Numbered from the stretch's first letter, positions 9,899 through 19,271 are shown. The stretch is 64,000 nucleotides of DNA from Patescibacteria group bacterium (GCA_050949525.1 JBMNFW010000001.1:463890-527889), one strand, 5' to 3'. Notes: a model not told the origin generated them from the letters alone. Made by a program: numbers and translations.

Positions 9899-10903
9899 TT
9901 AATTATTATATTTATTCGCTAATTGACCACAGGCCCCCTGAACATCTTGATTAAACCGAAACCTTTCTATTACTTCCAAACCTCGTTTCTCTAATACTTT
10001 CTTAAAATTTAATATAGTTTTTCGATCTGGAGCCTTAAAACGCCCAGTTTCATTATACCTAATAATATTAATTATGTACAATGATTTTCTTCCAATAAAA
10101 TCAGCTAATTTTTTAGCCTCCGCCACACTATCATTTAAGTCCTTAATTATTAAATACTCTAACATAACTTTGCGATTAGTTTTCTCAATATAGAAATCTA
10201 GCGCTTGAAAAACTTGTGCTAAGGGATATTTCTTAGTCCCGGGCATAATTTCTGACCTCAACTTATCATCTAAAAAATGTAAGGATAAAGATAAATTAAC
10301 TTTAATTTTTTCTTGAGCCATTCGTCTAATACCTGGAACTAGGCCAATAGTTGAAATTGATATTTTTCGTGAAGAAATATTAAAATATTCGGCTTGATTT
10401 AAATATCTAATAGCTTTAAACACTTGATCATAATTTAAAAAAGCTTCACCACTCCCCATAAAAACAACATTGGTCAAAGGTCCTAATTTTTTAGATTTTA
10501 AATATCGTTGCCAAAAGAAAACCTGTTTCAAAATTTCTTCCCAAGTCAAATTTCGTTTAAAAGATTGACCTGAAGAACAAAACTGACAAGCTAAAGGACA
10601 ACCTAATTGTGATGATAAACAAACAGTGTTTCTTTTACCAGAATGAACCATTAGAGCGGTTTCAACACTATTTCCATCTTCTAGCGCCACTAAAGCTTTA
10701 GCTGATTTTTGATCCCGAGAAAGAAATAAATCACCTGGAATTATTAAAGGATATTTTTTATTTAACTCATCCCTCAAAACTAAAGGTAAAACACTGGCTT
10801 GAGACCAATTATCAATCAAATCCTGAAAAAGCAGTTTTTGCATCTGCTTAAATCGAAACTTAGCTTGAGTAGAAAAAAATTTTTCTATTGCCTTTAAATC
10901 CAT
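9899..10903 (-). CDS. rlmN: 23S rRNA/tRNA (adenine-C2)-methyltransferase, radical SAM
   Basis: 334 aa; CLSSQLGCPLACQFCSSG radical-SAM CxxxCxxC motif and C-terminal GACGQL, as in RlmN/Cfr. Confidence 0.9.
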   Translation of the reverse strand: MDLKAIEKFFSTQAKFRFKQMQKLLFQDLIDNWSQASVLPLVLRDELNKKYPLIIPGDLFLSRDQKSAKALVALEDGNSVETALMVHSGKRNTVCLSSQLGCPLACQFCSSGQSFKRNLTWEEILKQVFFWQRYLKSKKLGPLTNVVFMGSGEAFLNYDQVFKAIRYLNQAEYFNISSRKISISTIGLVPGIRRMAQEKIKVNLSLSLHFLDDKLRSEIMPGTKKYPLAQVFQALDFYIEKTNRKVMLEYLIIKDLNDSVAEAKKLADFIGRKSLYIINIIRYNETGRFKAPDRKTILNFKKVLEKRGLEVIERFRFNQDVQGACGQLANKYNN

Positions 10904-10944
10904 AATTATATTTTAACCCCTTCTCCTTTTTTTATCAAGAAAAT

Positions 10945-10974
10945 AAAAGAGGCAGTATCATAACTGCCTCTTTT
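10945..10974 (-). terminator. Intrinsic terminator after the RRM-protein gene
   Basis: Stem AGAGGCAGT / ACTGCCTCT (10948-10956 / 10963-10971) followed by a T-run on the minus strand. Confidence 0.7.
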
Positions 10975-10989
10975 ATATATTTTAATCCT

Positions 10990-11253
10990 CTAAGATCGAT
11001 TAAAATTTTCTCGAGGTCGGGCCTCATTAACAACGATAGTTCGACCTTCTAATTCTGAACCATTAAACATTTCAATAGCCTTCTTAGCCTCTTCCTCAGA
11101 AGACATTTCAACGAAAGCAAAACCTTTGGATCGATGAGTTTCTTTATCCATAATCACAACCGCTGACTCTACAGTTCCAGCCTGAGAAAACAACTCCTTC
11201 AATTGTTCATTTTTAATAGCGAAAGGAAGACTACCAACAAATAATTTTTTCAT
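10990..11253 (-). CDS. RRM-type RNA-binding protein
   Basis: 87 aa; RNP2 KLFVGSL and RNP1 KGFAFVEM motifs. Confidence 0.9.
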   Translation of the reverse strand: MKKLFVGSLPFAIKNEQLKELFSQAGTVESAVVIMDKETHRSKGFAFVEMSSEEEAKKAIEMFNGSELEGRTIVVNEARPRENFNRS

Positions 11254-11395
11254 ACCAATATCTTAACGCAAATTTATAAAAAACAAGTCGACCTTTAATC
11301 TAAGTCTTTACAAACTTTTTTAATTTTGCGAAAGATATAGAAAGTGTCTTGTTTAACATCAATACCATACAATATTAATAATAAAAAAACAATAG

Positions 11396-12922
11396 TTAAT
11401 TTAATTTTAACATCTCTTCTAAATATTCACGAGAATTTGATAACCGCGGCACCTTATTCTGTCCTCCTAATTTATTCTTCTGCTTTAACCAATCATAAAA
11501 CAATTTGGATCGAGCGATATTAATTTTAGGTACCCCTAAAACTAAATCATTAAATCTTTTAGCCTCATAATCTGAATTTAAACTTTTTAGAGCTTGATCT
11601 AATTCTTGACTAAAAAGATCCATATCATTCGGTTTTTTAAAAAACTCAATTAACCATTCATGAGCTCCACTAGACCCAGTAGCCATAAAAATTGGCGCCA
11701 CCGTATATTCAGAAACTAAAGCTCCGGTTTTTTGACTAGCTAATTTTAAAGCTTCATCAGTATTAGAAACCATTAACTCTTCCCCAAAAACATTAATAAA
11801 ATGCTTAGTTCGACCCGCTACTTTTACTCTTAATGGATTTAAAGAAGTAATCTCGACTGTATCACCAATTAAATAACGCCACAGACCACTATTAGTGGAA
11901 ATGGCTAAGGCGTAAGTTTTACCTAATTCTAGGTGATCAACTGACCAAGCCGGAGCTTCTTTCGCACCAAATTGCGACCAAGGAATAAATTCATAAAAAA
12001 TACCAGTATCTAAAGTTAGAAGCATGTCATCTCGTTTTAAATCATCATTAAAAGCTAAAAATCCTTCTGACGCATTATAAATCTCCAAATAATTCATATC
12101 AGACCTAGGTATAAGTTTCTCAAATTGAGCTCGATAAGGAGCAAAACTCACCCCACCATGTAAAAACAATTCCATATTAGGCCAAACCTCTAAAATATTA
12201 TTAGCTCGACTAAGCTCTAAAACTTTCTGCATGAGCACTAAATTCCAAGACGGAACTCCAGCTAAAGCGACAATATTTTGATTCAGAGTCTCTCGAGCAA
12301 TAACCTCAGCTTTCTTTTCCCAATCCCCTAAAAGAGCCGTAGAAAGCTTAGGCGCTCGGAATAATCGAGCCCAAATAGGAAGTTTTTTAACTAAAATAGC
12401 TGATAAATCACCACAAAAAATATCAAAAATATTTTTACGAGAAGAAAAAGATCCACTAATACTTAAAGTTTTACCAGAAAAAATATTAGTATTAGGTCTT
12501 TGTTGAAGATAGATTGCTAAAACATCTTTACCACTTTGATAATGCCCCCTTTTTAAAGAATCTTTAGTTACTGGAATTATTTTACTCTTATCATTAGTAG
12601 TGCCAGAAGATTTGGCAAAATACCTAACTCGCCCTGGCCATAAAATATTTTTCTCTCCTTGATAAACTTGATTGATATAAGGAAAAAGATTTTCATAGGG
12701 AGATAAAGGTACACGAGACTGGAAAAGGGATAAAGCTTCTTTAAAATCTAAACCAAGCATATCTTGATAACTATACTTTCTTCCCCAAACTGTATTTTGA
12801 GCTTGAGAAATTAAATCAAAAAAGACCCGAGCTTGACTAAGCTGAGGTTCTTTTTTAAAATAATCAATTTCCTGACAACGATTTTTAAATCTTAACTGTA
12901 GCGCTTTATTTAAAGAAGACAT
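11396..12922 (-). CDS. GH3 family (acyl-adenylate-forming, auxin-responsive-promoter-like) protein
   Basis: 508 aa; FAKSSGTTNDKSKIIPVT (P-loop-like SSGTT), YNASEGF, WRYLIGDTV, KVPRLSNSREY, matching bacterial GH3 proteins. Confidence 0.75.
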   Translation of the reverse strand: MSSLNKALQLRFKNRCQEIDYFKKEPQLSQARVFFDLISQAQNTVWGRKYSYQDMLGLDFKEALSLFQSRVPLSPYENLFPYINQVYQGEKNILWPGRVRYFAKSSGTTNDKSKIIPVTKDSLKRGHYQSGKDVLAIYLQQRPNTNIFSGKTLSISGSFSSRKNIFDIFCGDLSAILVKKLPIWARLFRAPKLSTALLGDWEKKAEVIARETLNQNIVALAGVPSWNLVLMQKVLELSRANNILEVWPNMELFLHGGVSFAPYRAQFEKLIPRSDMNYLEIYNASEGFLAFNDDLKRDDMLLTLDTGIFYEFIPWSQFGAKEAPAWSVDHLELGKTYALAISTNSGLWRYLIGDTVEITSLNPLRVKVAGRTKHFINVFGEELMVSNTDEALKLASQKTGALVSEYTVAPIFMATGSSGAHEWLIEFFKKPNDMDLFSQELDQALKSLNSDYEAKRFNDLVLGVPKINIARSKLFYDWLKQKNKLGGQNKVPRLSNSREYLEEMLKLN

Positions 12923-12923
12923 T

Positions 12924-14231
12924 TTAAGGATTTAAACGATTAACATCTCGAGGTAAAAAGTTAGCCTCTTTAACACTAGATAAATTAAGTAATTTAAATA
13001 TTATTCGAGCTGGACCTATACCGATACCACCATGATTAGGACAACCATAACGGAAAAAATTAAGATAATCCTCTAATTCCTCTAAATTCATATCTTTCTC
13101 CAAGGCTTGTTGTCTCAAAATCTCGTAACGATGTTCTCGCTCCGATCCAGTACTTATCTCTAAGCCCTTATACAAAAGATCAAAACTTCGAGTTAAAGTA
13201 TTATTCTCCTCTAAACGACGATGATAAAAAGGTCGAGCCTCCACTGGATAATCAGTAATAAAAAGAAAGTCATGTTTAAATTCTTTTTTAACAATTTCAC
13301 CTAGAGCCTTTTCTTCTTCGGTTGAAAAATCATATTCCTTTTCACCAATAATATTAATTTTCTTTAATCTCTCTTTAGCCTCTTTAAAAGTAAATACAGG
13401 AAATGGTTGACTAGGAATTTCTATGTCTAAAGATAAATCTTGTTTTACTTTTTGCAAACCTGAAACTAAAAGATTTTCTTCAATTTTCATTAAATCTTGA
13501 TAAGAAATATAGGAAACCTCCAAATCCCAACCGGTAAATTCAGTAGTATGACGAGAAGTAAAAGATTTCTCAGCTCGGAACACTGATCCTACTATAAACA
13601 CCTTTTCTAAACCAGCAGCCATAGCCATTTGTTTAAAAAACTGCGGTGATTGTGATAAATAAGCTTTACGATCAAAATAATTTACCGTAAAAACATCAGC
13701 ACCAGTCTCACTAGTAGTATTCATTAAACTAGGAGTATAAATCTGAATAAAATTATTATTCAAGAAATATTCCCTAAAACCAGCCTCTAAACTAGTCCAA
13801 GTCTTAAAAATTAAAGATCGATTTTCAGCTCTTAAATCTAGCCAGCGATAATCAAAACGTTTATCAACATGAGCTTCGTTACTACTTTTAACCAAAACCG
13901 GAATAGGTAAATTTTCCTCAGCCAAAGAAACCACCTTTAGTCCATCCAATAATAATTCAAAATCCGGCTCTGATTCAGGCGCATCCTTTTTTAATGGCCT
14001 TTCTTTTAAATCTCCACTAACCTCAATAACGCTCTCTAAATTTATCTTTTCCACTATTTTAAATAGATCAGGCTGCTCAGCTTCCACCACTACTACCTGT
14101 ATAGTTCCAGAAATATCAGCTAAATCAATAAAAGCTAGTCCTTTGTGTAAACGTAAATTACGAACAAAACCAGCTAAATAAGCACGTCCGGAATTATTTT
14201 TTTTAGCATCAGCTATTAATATTCTAGGCAT
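12924..14231 (-). CDS. aspS: Aspartyl-tRNA synthetase, archaeal/eukaryal-type (class IIb)
   Basis: 435 aa; N-terminal OB fold (GFVRNLRLHKGLAFIDLADISGTIQVVV), motif 2 FRAEKSFTSRHTTEF, motif 3 GGIGIGPARI. Confidence 0.85.
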   Translation of the reverse strand: MPRILIADAKKNNSGRAYLAGFVRNLRLHKGLAFIDLADISGTIQVVVVEAEQPDLFKIVEKINLESVIEVSGDLKERPLKKDAPESEPDFELLLDGLKVVSLAEENLPIPVLVKSSNEAHVDKRFDYRWLDLRAENRSLIFKTWTSLEAGFREYFLNNNFIQIYTPSLMNTTSETGADVFTVNYFDRKAYLSQSPQFFKQMAMAAGLEKVFIVGSVFRAEKSFTSRHTTEFTGWDLEVSYISYQDLMKIEENLLVSGLQKVKQDLSLDIEIPSQPFPVFTFKEAKERLKKINIIGEKEYDFSTEEEKALGEIVKKEFKHDFLFITDYPVEARPFYHRRLEENNTLTRSFDLLYKGLEISTGSEREHRYEILRQQALEKDMNLEELEDYLNFFRYGCPNHGGIGIGPARIIFKLLNLSSVKEANFLPRDVNRLNP

Positions 14232-14235
14232 AAAA

Positions 14236-14454
14236 TTATTTATTCTTAATTTTTTTTATTTTACCAAAAAAAGCTAAATATAATATTTCTAAAATACCAA
14301 GACTATTAATAATAAGCATAAAGACAAACCAAGTCTTATGATTTAATCGAGCCGATCGCCATAAAGCTAAGCCCTTCCAAACAAGAGACCAAATTAAAAT
14401 AATGGGAAATAATATTAAAAAAATCTCAATATTATCTAAAATAAAATTCTCCAT
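14236..14454 (-). CDS. Small two-TM membrane protein (DUF5652-like)
   Basis: 72 aa, two hydrophobic helices, sandwiched between aspS and asnS. Confidence 0.5.
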   Translation of the reverse strand: MENFILDNIEIFLILFPIILIWSLVWKGLALWRSARLNHKTWFVFMLIINSLGILEILYLAFFGKIKKIKNK

Positions 14455-14470
14455 ATTATTATATTAATTA

Positions 14471-15865
14471 TTAAAAACTAGCATTTTTGGGAGTTCGAGG
14501 AAAAGGAATAACATCCCTAATATTAAGCATACCGGATAAATACATAATAGCTCTTTCAAAACCAAGGCCAAAACCAGCATGTTTAACTGATCCATATCTT
14601 CTCAAATCTAAATACCACCAATACTCTTTTGGATCTAGGCCTAAATCTTTCATTCTTTTTTCTAAAACATTAAAACGTTCTTCCCGTTGTGAACCACCAA
14701 TAATCTCTCCAATACCAGGAACTAAAAGATCCATTGCCGCTACTGTCCTCTCATCATCACTAAGACGCATATAAAAAGCTTTAATTTCTTTAGGATAATC
14801 GGTAACAAAGACTGGCCCCTTAACTATTTCTTCCGATAAATATCGCTCATGTTCAGTTTGTAAATCAATACCCCATTTAACTGGATATTTAAAATCTTGT
14901 TTAGATTTTGTCAAAATATCAATTGCCTCAGTATAAGTCATTCGTTTAAAATCAGACTTAAGTACTAAATCTAATCGCTCTAATAATCCCTGATCAATAA
15001 ATCGATTAAAAAATTCCATTTCCTCAGGGATTTCTTTTAAAACATAAGAAATTAAATATTTTAACATTTTCTCAGCTAAATCCATATCATCGCTTAAATC
15101 AGCAAAAGCCATTTCTGGTTCTATCATCCAAAACTCAGAAGCATGTCGAGTAGTATTGGAGTTTTCAGCTCTAAAAGTTGGACCAAAAGTATATACCTTA
15201 TTCAATCCCATAATTAAGCTTTCAGCTTCTAATTGTCCTGAAACACTTAAACCCACCTTTTGAGCAAAAAAATCCTTAGTATAATCAACCTCCCCTTTTT
15301 CATTTTTAGGAATATCTTTTTCTAAATCAAAAGTAGTAACATTAAACATTTCACCAGCTCCTTCACAATCACTGCTAGAAATTATAGGGGTGTGAACATA
15401 AGAAAAACCCTCACCTTGAAAAAACTGATGAATGGCATAACTTAAAACTGATCGAAGACGGAAAACAGCTGAAAAAGTATTGGTTCGACTTCGAAGATGG
15501 GCTATTTCTCGTAAAAACTCAAAACTATGACGTTTTTTCTGTAAAGGAAAATCAGGTGAGGCTAAATTTAAGATCTTTATCTCACGAGCCTGTAATTCAA
15601 AAGCCTGTCCAGCTGCCGGAGATTCAATTAAGGTACCTAAAACCTCCAAAGAAGAGCCAATACTAATCTTTTCTAATTCTGAAAAATTATTTATCTTATT
15701 ATCAAAAACCACCTGCATTCCCTTAAAAAATGAACCGTCATTAAGTTCTAAAAATCCCAAATCCTTAGAAATCCGAGCCGTTCTTAACCAAGCCCCCAAT
15801 CTAATTTCTTTTCCAAGAAAACTTTTAGGATCTTGATGTATTTTTTTGATTTCAATATAGGACAT
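14471..15865 (-). CDS. asnS: Asparaginyl-tRNA synthetase
   Basis: 464 aa; [51 protein letters not shown], an AsnRS-specific pattern. Confidence 0.9.
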   Translation of the reverse strand: MSYIEIKKIHQDPKSFLGKEIRLGAWLRTARISKDLGFLELNDGSFFKGMQVVFDNKINNFSELEKISIGSSLEVLGTLIESPAAGQAFELQAREIKILNLASPDFPLQKKRHSFEFLREIAHLRSRTNTFSAVFRLRSVLSYAIHQFFQGEGFSYVHTPIISSSDCEGAGEMFNVTTFDLEKDIPKNEKGEVDYTKDFFAQKVGLSVSGQLEAESLIMGLNKVYTFGPTFRAENSNTTRHASEFWMIEPEMAFADLSDDMDLAEKMLKYLISYVLKEIPEEMEFFNRFIDQGLLERLDLVLKSDFKRMTYTEAIDILTKSKQDFKYPVKWGIDLQTEHERYLSEEIVKGPVFVTDYPKEIKAFYMRLSDDERTVAAMDLLVPGIGEIIGGSQREERFNVLEKRMKDLGLDPKEYWWYLDLRRYGSVKHAGFGLGFERAIMYLSGMLNIRDVIPFPRTPKNASF

Positions 15866-15902
15866 AATACTAAAAAATTAAGGTTTAATAAGCTTATTAT
15901 AT

Positions 15903-16970
15903 CTAATAAATATTTTTTTGACAAGAAATTGTATTAGTCCACGTCATTTTGGAAAAAAAATTATTATTAACCAAATAATTCATCGGAGATACTAATTCAA
16001 GGCTCCAATGTGGTCTATCGGTATTATACCAAAGAAGCCAATCAATTAACAAATTATTAAAATCATCTAAATTATCAAAGTATTTTTCACCACTCCAATC
16101 AATGAATTCTTCTTGAATAGTCCTATTAAACTTCTCAATATGACCCTGTTTGTATGGTCTACCTGGATAATTGAAATAATGCTCAATTTTTCTCTCTTCT
16201 AAGTATTTTTTAAAATAGAGATGGAATTCTAAACCATTATCAGTCTGAACAGCCTTAATATTAAAGGGCATGACTTCTTCTAATTTTTTAAAAAAATCTT
16301 TAGCATTAGAGCTACTAATTCTGTTATAGGCATAAGCGAAAGCTGTTCGGCTAAAAGTATCAACAGCGGTAATAATATATCTCTTTAATCCATTGTGAAA
16401 TCTAACAACAGTATCTATCTCTATTAAATCCCCAGGATTATTTACTTGTAATTCCTTAGGTTTTCTTTTCTTTTTAGTTTTTTTAATTTTTTTAATCTTA
16501 CCAAAATGAGATATTTTCTGTCTATGATGATATATATCTTTATCTTTAATAATTCTACCTATCTTTGATTCTGAGTATATTGGTAAATTATTAATTTCAC
16601 AAAATTTATCTAAAAATTTTTTAACTTTAGTTTTATCCATATTAGGACAAATCTCTAGTCTTAAACGTCTAATCTCTTTTAATATCAGAGGATGTATTTC
16701 TCTTTTATTCTTGTTAATCCTAGCTTGGGATTTAGGATTGAGAGCTTCTATCTTGCCACCCCCTTCTCTAAATATTTTTTGCCAATTATATAGGGTAGAT
16801 TTTTTAACCCCAAAGGCATCAGTAGTGGCTTGAAGGCCATATTGCTTCCAAAATTCTAATATTTTGAGTCTTTGTCTAGCTTCTTTGGTAATCATATATT
16901 TTTGCTTAATTGCATCATTATATAATGTACCAAATCCGGGACAATTATAGTACTTAAACTTTATCTGCAT
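15903..16970 (-). CDS. IS481-family DDE transposase (HTH + rve integrase core)
   Basis: 355 aa; DLIEIDTV ... VQTDNGLEF ... QGHIEKFNRTIQEEF (D-D-E triad pattern). ORF reads through the IS end into flanking DNA. Confidence 0.9.
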   Translation of the reverse strand: MQIKFKYYNCPGFGTLYNDAIKQKYMITKEARQRLKILEFWKQYGLQATTDAFGVKKSTLYNWQKIFREGGGKIEALNPKSQARINKNKREIHPLILKEIRRLRLEICPNMDKTKVKKFLDKFCEINNLPIYSESKIGRIIKDKDIYHHRQKISHFGKIKKIKKTKKKRKPKELQVNNPGDLIEIDTVVRFHNGLKRYIITAVDTFSRTAFAYAYNRISSSNAKDFFKKLEEVMPFNIKAVQTDNGLEFHLYFKKYLEERKIEHYFNYPGRPYKQGHIEKFNRTIQEEFIDWSGEKYFDNLDDFNNLLIDWLLWYNTDRPHWSLELVSPMNYLVNNNFFSKMTWTNTISCQKNIY

Positions 16971-17015
16971 ACATTTTGGGCTTTTTATTTTCCAAAATGT
17001 ATCTGAACTTATTCA
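15930..17015 (-). mobile_element. IS481-family insertion sequence, copy 1 (1086 bp)
   Basis: Identity with 52557..53642 starts and stops exactly at these coordinates. Imperfect ~28-bp terminal inverted repeats: TGTATTAGTCCACGT-CATTTTGGAAAA versus TGAATAAGTTCAGATACATTTTGGAAAA. Confidence 0.85.
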
Positions 17016-17020
17016 GGATT

Positions 17021-17653
17021 TTAAGATTTTAAAACACCAATAACCTGCCCAGCTACCGAATAAGAAGACAAATCATCAAAATGAATATATATTGGATCAT
17101 AATTAGAACTAGATTCAGAAAGTAACATTATCATCTGTCGTGATAAATCCTTTTTAAAACGTTTAATATTAGCCGCCCCATCAATAATAGATAAAACATA
17201 ATCCCCGTCTTCCGGATTTTTTTGCTCAGAATCAATTAGCACATAATCGCCATCGGAAATATTATCAACTCCAATTTTAGCTCGATTCATAGAATCCCCC
17301 TTAGCTCTAACCACAAAAACATTTTTTCTATTTTTTAAAATACTAGGAGAAACTTTTAAATATCCCTGAACTTGATCATCAGTTATGGATAAGGCCTGGC
17401 CACAATTAGCTAAGCCATAAATTGGTAAAGAAACTAAAGATGATCTTCTATTCTCTTTTTCTATCGAAACTGGAAAATATTTACCAGACTTATTAACTAA
17501 CAAACCCCTCTTAACTAATTGTTGTAAATGATGTTTAACCAACTGAGGTTTTTCTCGACCTAAACCTAATAACTCACCAATATCACGTAAACTTAATTGA
17601 TGCAATTCTTTGGTTCGAGATAATTTCATTATATTCTGTTGAATTTTATGCAT
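17021..17653 (-). CDS. LexA-like repressor (N-terminal wHTH + S24 peptidase domain)
   Basis: 210 aa; LSLRDIGELLGLGREKPQLVKHHLQQLVKRGLL (wHTH), cleavage-region-like GLANCGQA, catalytic VRAKGDSMNRA (Ser) and ANIKRF (Lys). Confidence 0.75.
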   Translation of the reverse strand: MHKIQQNIMKLSRTKELHQLSLRDIGELLGLGREKPQLVKHHLQQLVKRGLLVNKSGKYFPVSIEKENRRSSLVSLPIYGLANCGQALSITDDQVQGYLKVSPSILKNRKNVFVVRAKGDSMNRAKIGVDNISDGDYVLIDSEQKNPEDGDYVLSIIDGAANIKRFKKDLSRQMIMLLSESSSNYDPIYIHFDDLSSYSVAGQVIGVLKS

Positions 17654-17681
17654 AAGAAAAAATTAATTATTGATACTTCAT

Positions 17682-17774
17682 ATTATACTGAGAAAAAATA
17701 TTATTGTCAAGCTTTTTGTCAATATTTCTTGACAGGTTTTATCTCTTGACAGCTTTTAAAAAATAGATTAAAAT
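17682..17774. promoter_or_regulatory. Divergent promoter/operator region with four TTGACA-type hexamers
   Basis: TGTCAA at 17705 and 17717; TTGACA at 17729 and 17746. Minus-strand promoter: TTGACA-N17-TATAAT (17710..17682). Plus-strand promoter: TTGACA-N17-TAAAAT (17746..17774). Confidence 0.5.
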
Positions 17775-17804
17775 AAAGATAGTTAATTAATTAATTTTAA
17801 AACT

Positions 17805-18065
17805 ATGAACAAAGAAGTAATTTTTCGCGGAATACCTTTTAAAGGTCAATTCCCTTTAAAAACAAAATTCAAAAACGAAGCCGGAGTTTATATCATTGCG
17901 GATCGAAAAAACAAAATTACTGATATTGATGAAACCGAAAACTTAAAAGAAAGGATGGCTAATAAAAAAAGACAAGGAAAATATCTTTGGTTTTATCCAG
18001 AGGAAAATTATCAAAACCGTCTTCAAGTTAAAAACTTTATTAGACAAGCCTGGTCCTTAGCTTAA
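17805..18065 (+). CDS. Small hypothetical protein with degenerate GIY-YIG-like N-terminal motif
   Basis: 86 aa; GVYIIADRKNKITDIDETENLKERM aligns by eye to GIY-x10-YIG-x-T-x-NL-x-RR of small GIY-YIG proteins, with YIG replaced by DID. Confidence 0.45.
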   Translation: MNKEVIFRGIPFKGQFPLKTKFKNEAGVYIIADRKNKITDIDETENLKERMANKKRQGKYLWFYPEENYQNRLQVKNFIRQAWSLA

Positions 18066-18076
18066 TAATTAAATAC

Positions 18077-18108
18077 AAAAAATGACTTAAACTCAAGTCA
18101 TTTTTTTA
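18077..18108 (+). terminator. Intrinsic terminator
   Basis: Stem AATGACTT / AAGTCATT (18081-18088 / 18095-18102) followed by a T-run. Confidence 0.7.
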
Positions 18109-18144
18109 TTTGTCACTTTAAAAATAAAAGTATATAATTTAAGA

Positions 18145-18642
18145 ATGCGAACACCAAAAAGAAGAAGCGATAAAATACCTCGCCAAAAACTAGAAGCTCA
18201 AATGAGCTTAGTAAAATATCAAAATCTAAAAAGACAATTAGAGACCCTAGAAAAACAACAAAAAGAAGAAGTTTTAATTGTCAAAGATTTGTCCACCACT
18301 GGAGATTATTCTGAAAATGCCGGTTATCAAAGTGCTAAATATCAATTACGAAGAACTAATAATCGCATTGATCGTATCAAAGACCTTCTAAGTCGAGCAG
18401 AGATAATTGAAATCGAACAACAAGGAGATCAAATTGAGATTGGGCATCAAGTTAGATTAAAAAGCGGAAATCAAGAAAGAATTTACCAAATTTTAGGTCC
18501 TCTAGAAGCTAAACCAGAGAAAGGCCTAATATCACATCACTCTCCCCTTGGTAGTGCTTTATTAGGAAAGAAAAAAGGAGACAAGTTCTCCCTAAATTTA
18601 AACAAAGGAAAAAAAGATTATGAAATAATTGATTTTTTTTAA
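18145..18642 (+). CDS. greA: GreA/GreB-family transcription elongation factor
   Basis: 165 aa; coiled-coil N-terminal domain with the acidic tip in STTGDYSENAGYQSAKYQ, plus a C-terminal FKBP-like domain. Confidence 0.8.
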   Translation: MRTPKRRSDKIPRQKLEAQMSLVKYQNLKRQLETLEKQQKEEVLIVKDLSTTGDYSENAGYQSAKYQLRRTNNRIDRIKDLLSRAEIIEIEQQGDQIEIGHQVRLKSGNQERIYQILGPLEAKPEKGLISHHSPLGSALLGKKKGDKFSLNLNKGKKDYEIIDFF

Positions 18643-19271
18643 AAGGAATTTTGAAAAATATCTTTTAGGTCTTTCCAAACACCATCTATTGTTTCAATTA
18701 AAGTATCTAAATCTTCATTATTATTTCCCTTATTATCAAAATCATTACAAGCATCTTCAGCCCATAAACCTAATGATTTGGCTTGAGCTTGTCTTTCAGC
18801 CTCCTGAAATTCAGCTTGAAATTTATATGGAATATTATAAGTATATTCATGACCATAACCATTTTCGATCATCCATTGATTGAATAAAGTTCCATCTTCC
18901 AAATAAACATAACGTAAAAGTCGTTGATATTTATCTTTATCCCCTTGAGAAATATCATCTTCTAGATAAACCCTTTGACCACTAAGAATCTCCTTAGCTT
19001 TATCAGAAGCTTCTTGAGCAAAACATTGAACTGCCTGACGTGGATCACGTATTTCCGGCGTATCTAACCCAATTAATCTAACGGTAACTAAATCCTTCCC
19101 TTCCCTAACTTTAATAGTATCGCCATCAACTACTTTTTCAACTAAATATCCATCAGAGCTTTTTGGTTCTAAAAAAGAAGGCCAATTAATACTAGAAAAA
19201 TCACTGAATGAACAAGATGATAAGAATAATAAAGGAAAAAGAATTAAAATAATTTTTTTTAATTTATTCAT
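18639..19271 (-). CDS. Secreted thermonuclease (SNase/micrococcal nuclease-like) lipoprotein
   Basis: Start moved to ATG 19271 (MNKLKKIILILFPLLFLSSCSF lipobox). VVDGDTIKV...VRLIGLDTPE...YQRLLRYVY...YGHEY matches the SNase fold. The longer ORF-track start would overlap the upstream gene. Confidence 0.8.
   Translation of the reverse strand: MNKLKKIILILFPLLFLSSCSFSDFSSINWPSFLEPKSSDGYLVEKVVDGDTIKVREGKDLVTVRLIGLDTPEIRDPRQAVQCFAQEASDKAKEILSGQRVYLEDDISQGDKDKYQRLLRYVYLEDGTLFNQWMIENGYGHEYTYNIPYKFQAEFQEAERQAQAKSLGLWAEDACNDFDNKGNNNEDLDTLIETIDGVWKDLKDIFQNSF

Noticed and set aside
15920-17025. Target-site duplications flanking the IS copies.
   Set aside because: Flanks of copy 1 (..AAGAAAT / GGATTTT..) and copy 2 (..AATAACA / TTTATGT..) do not match, either within or between copies. 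I therefore make no TSD claim.
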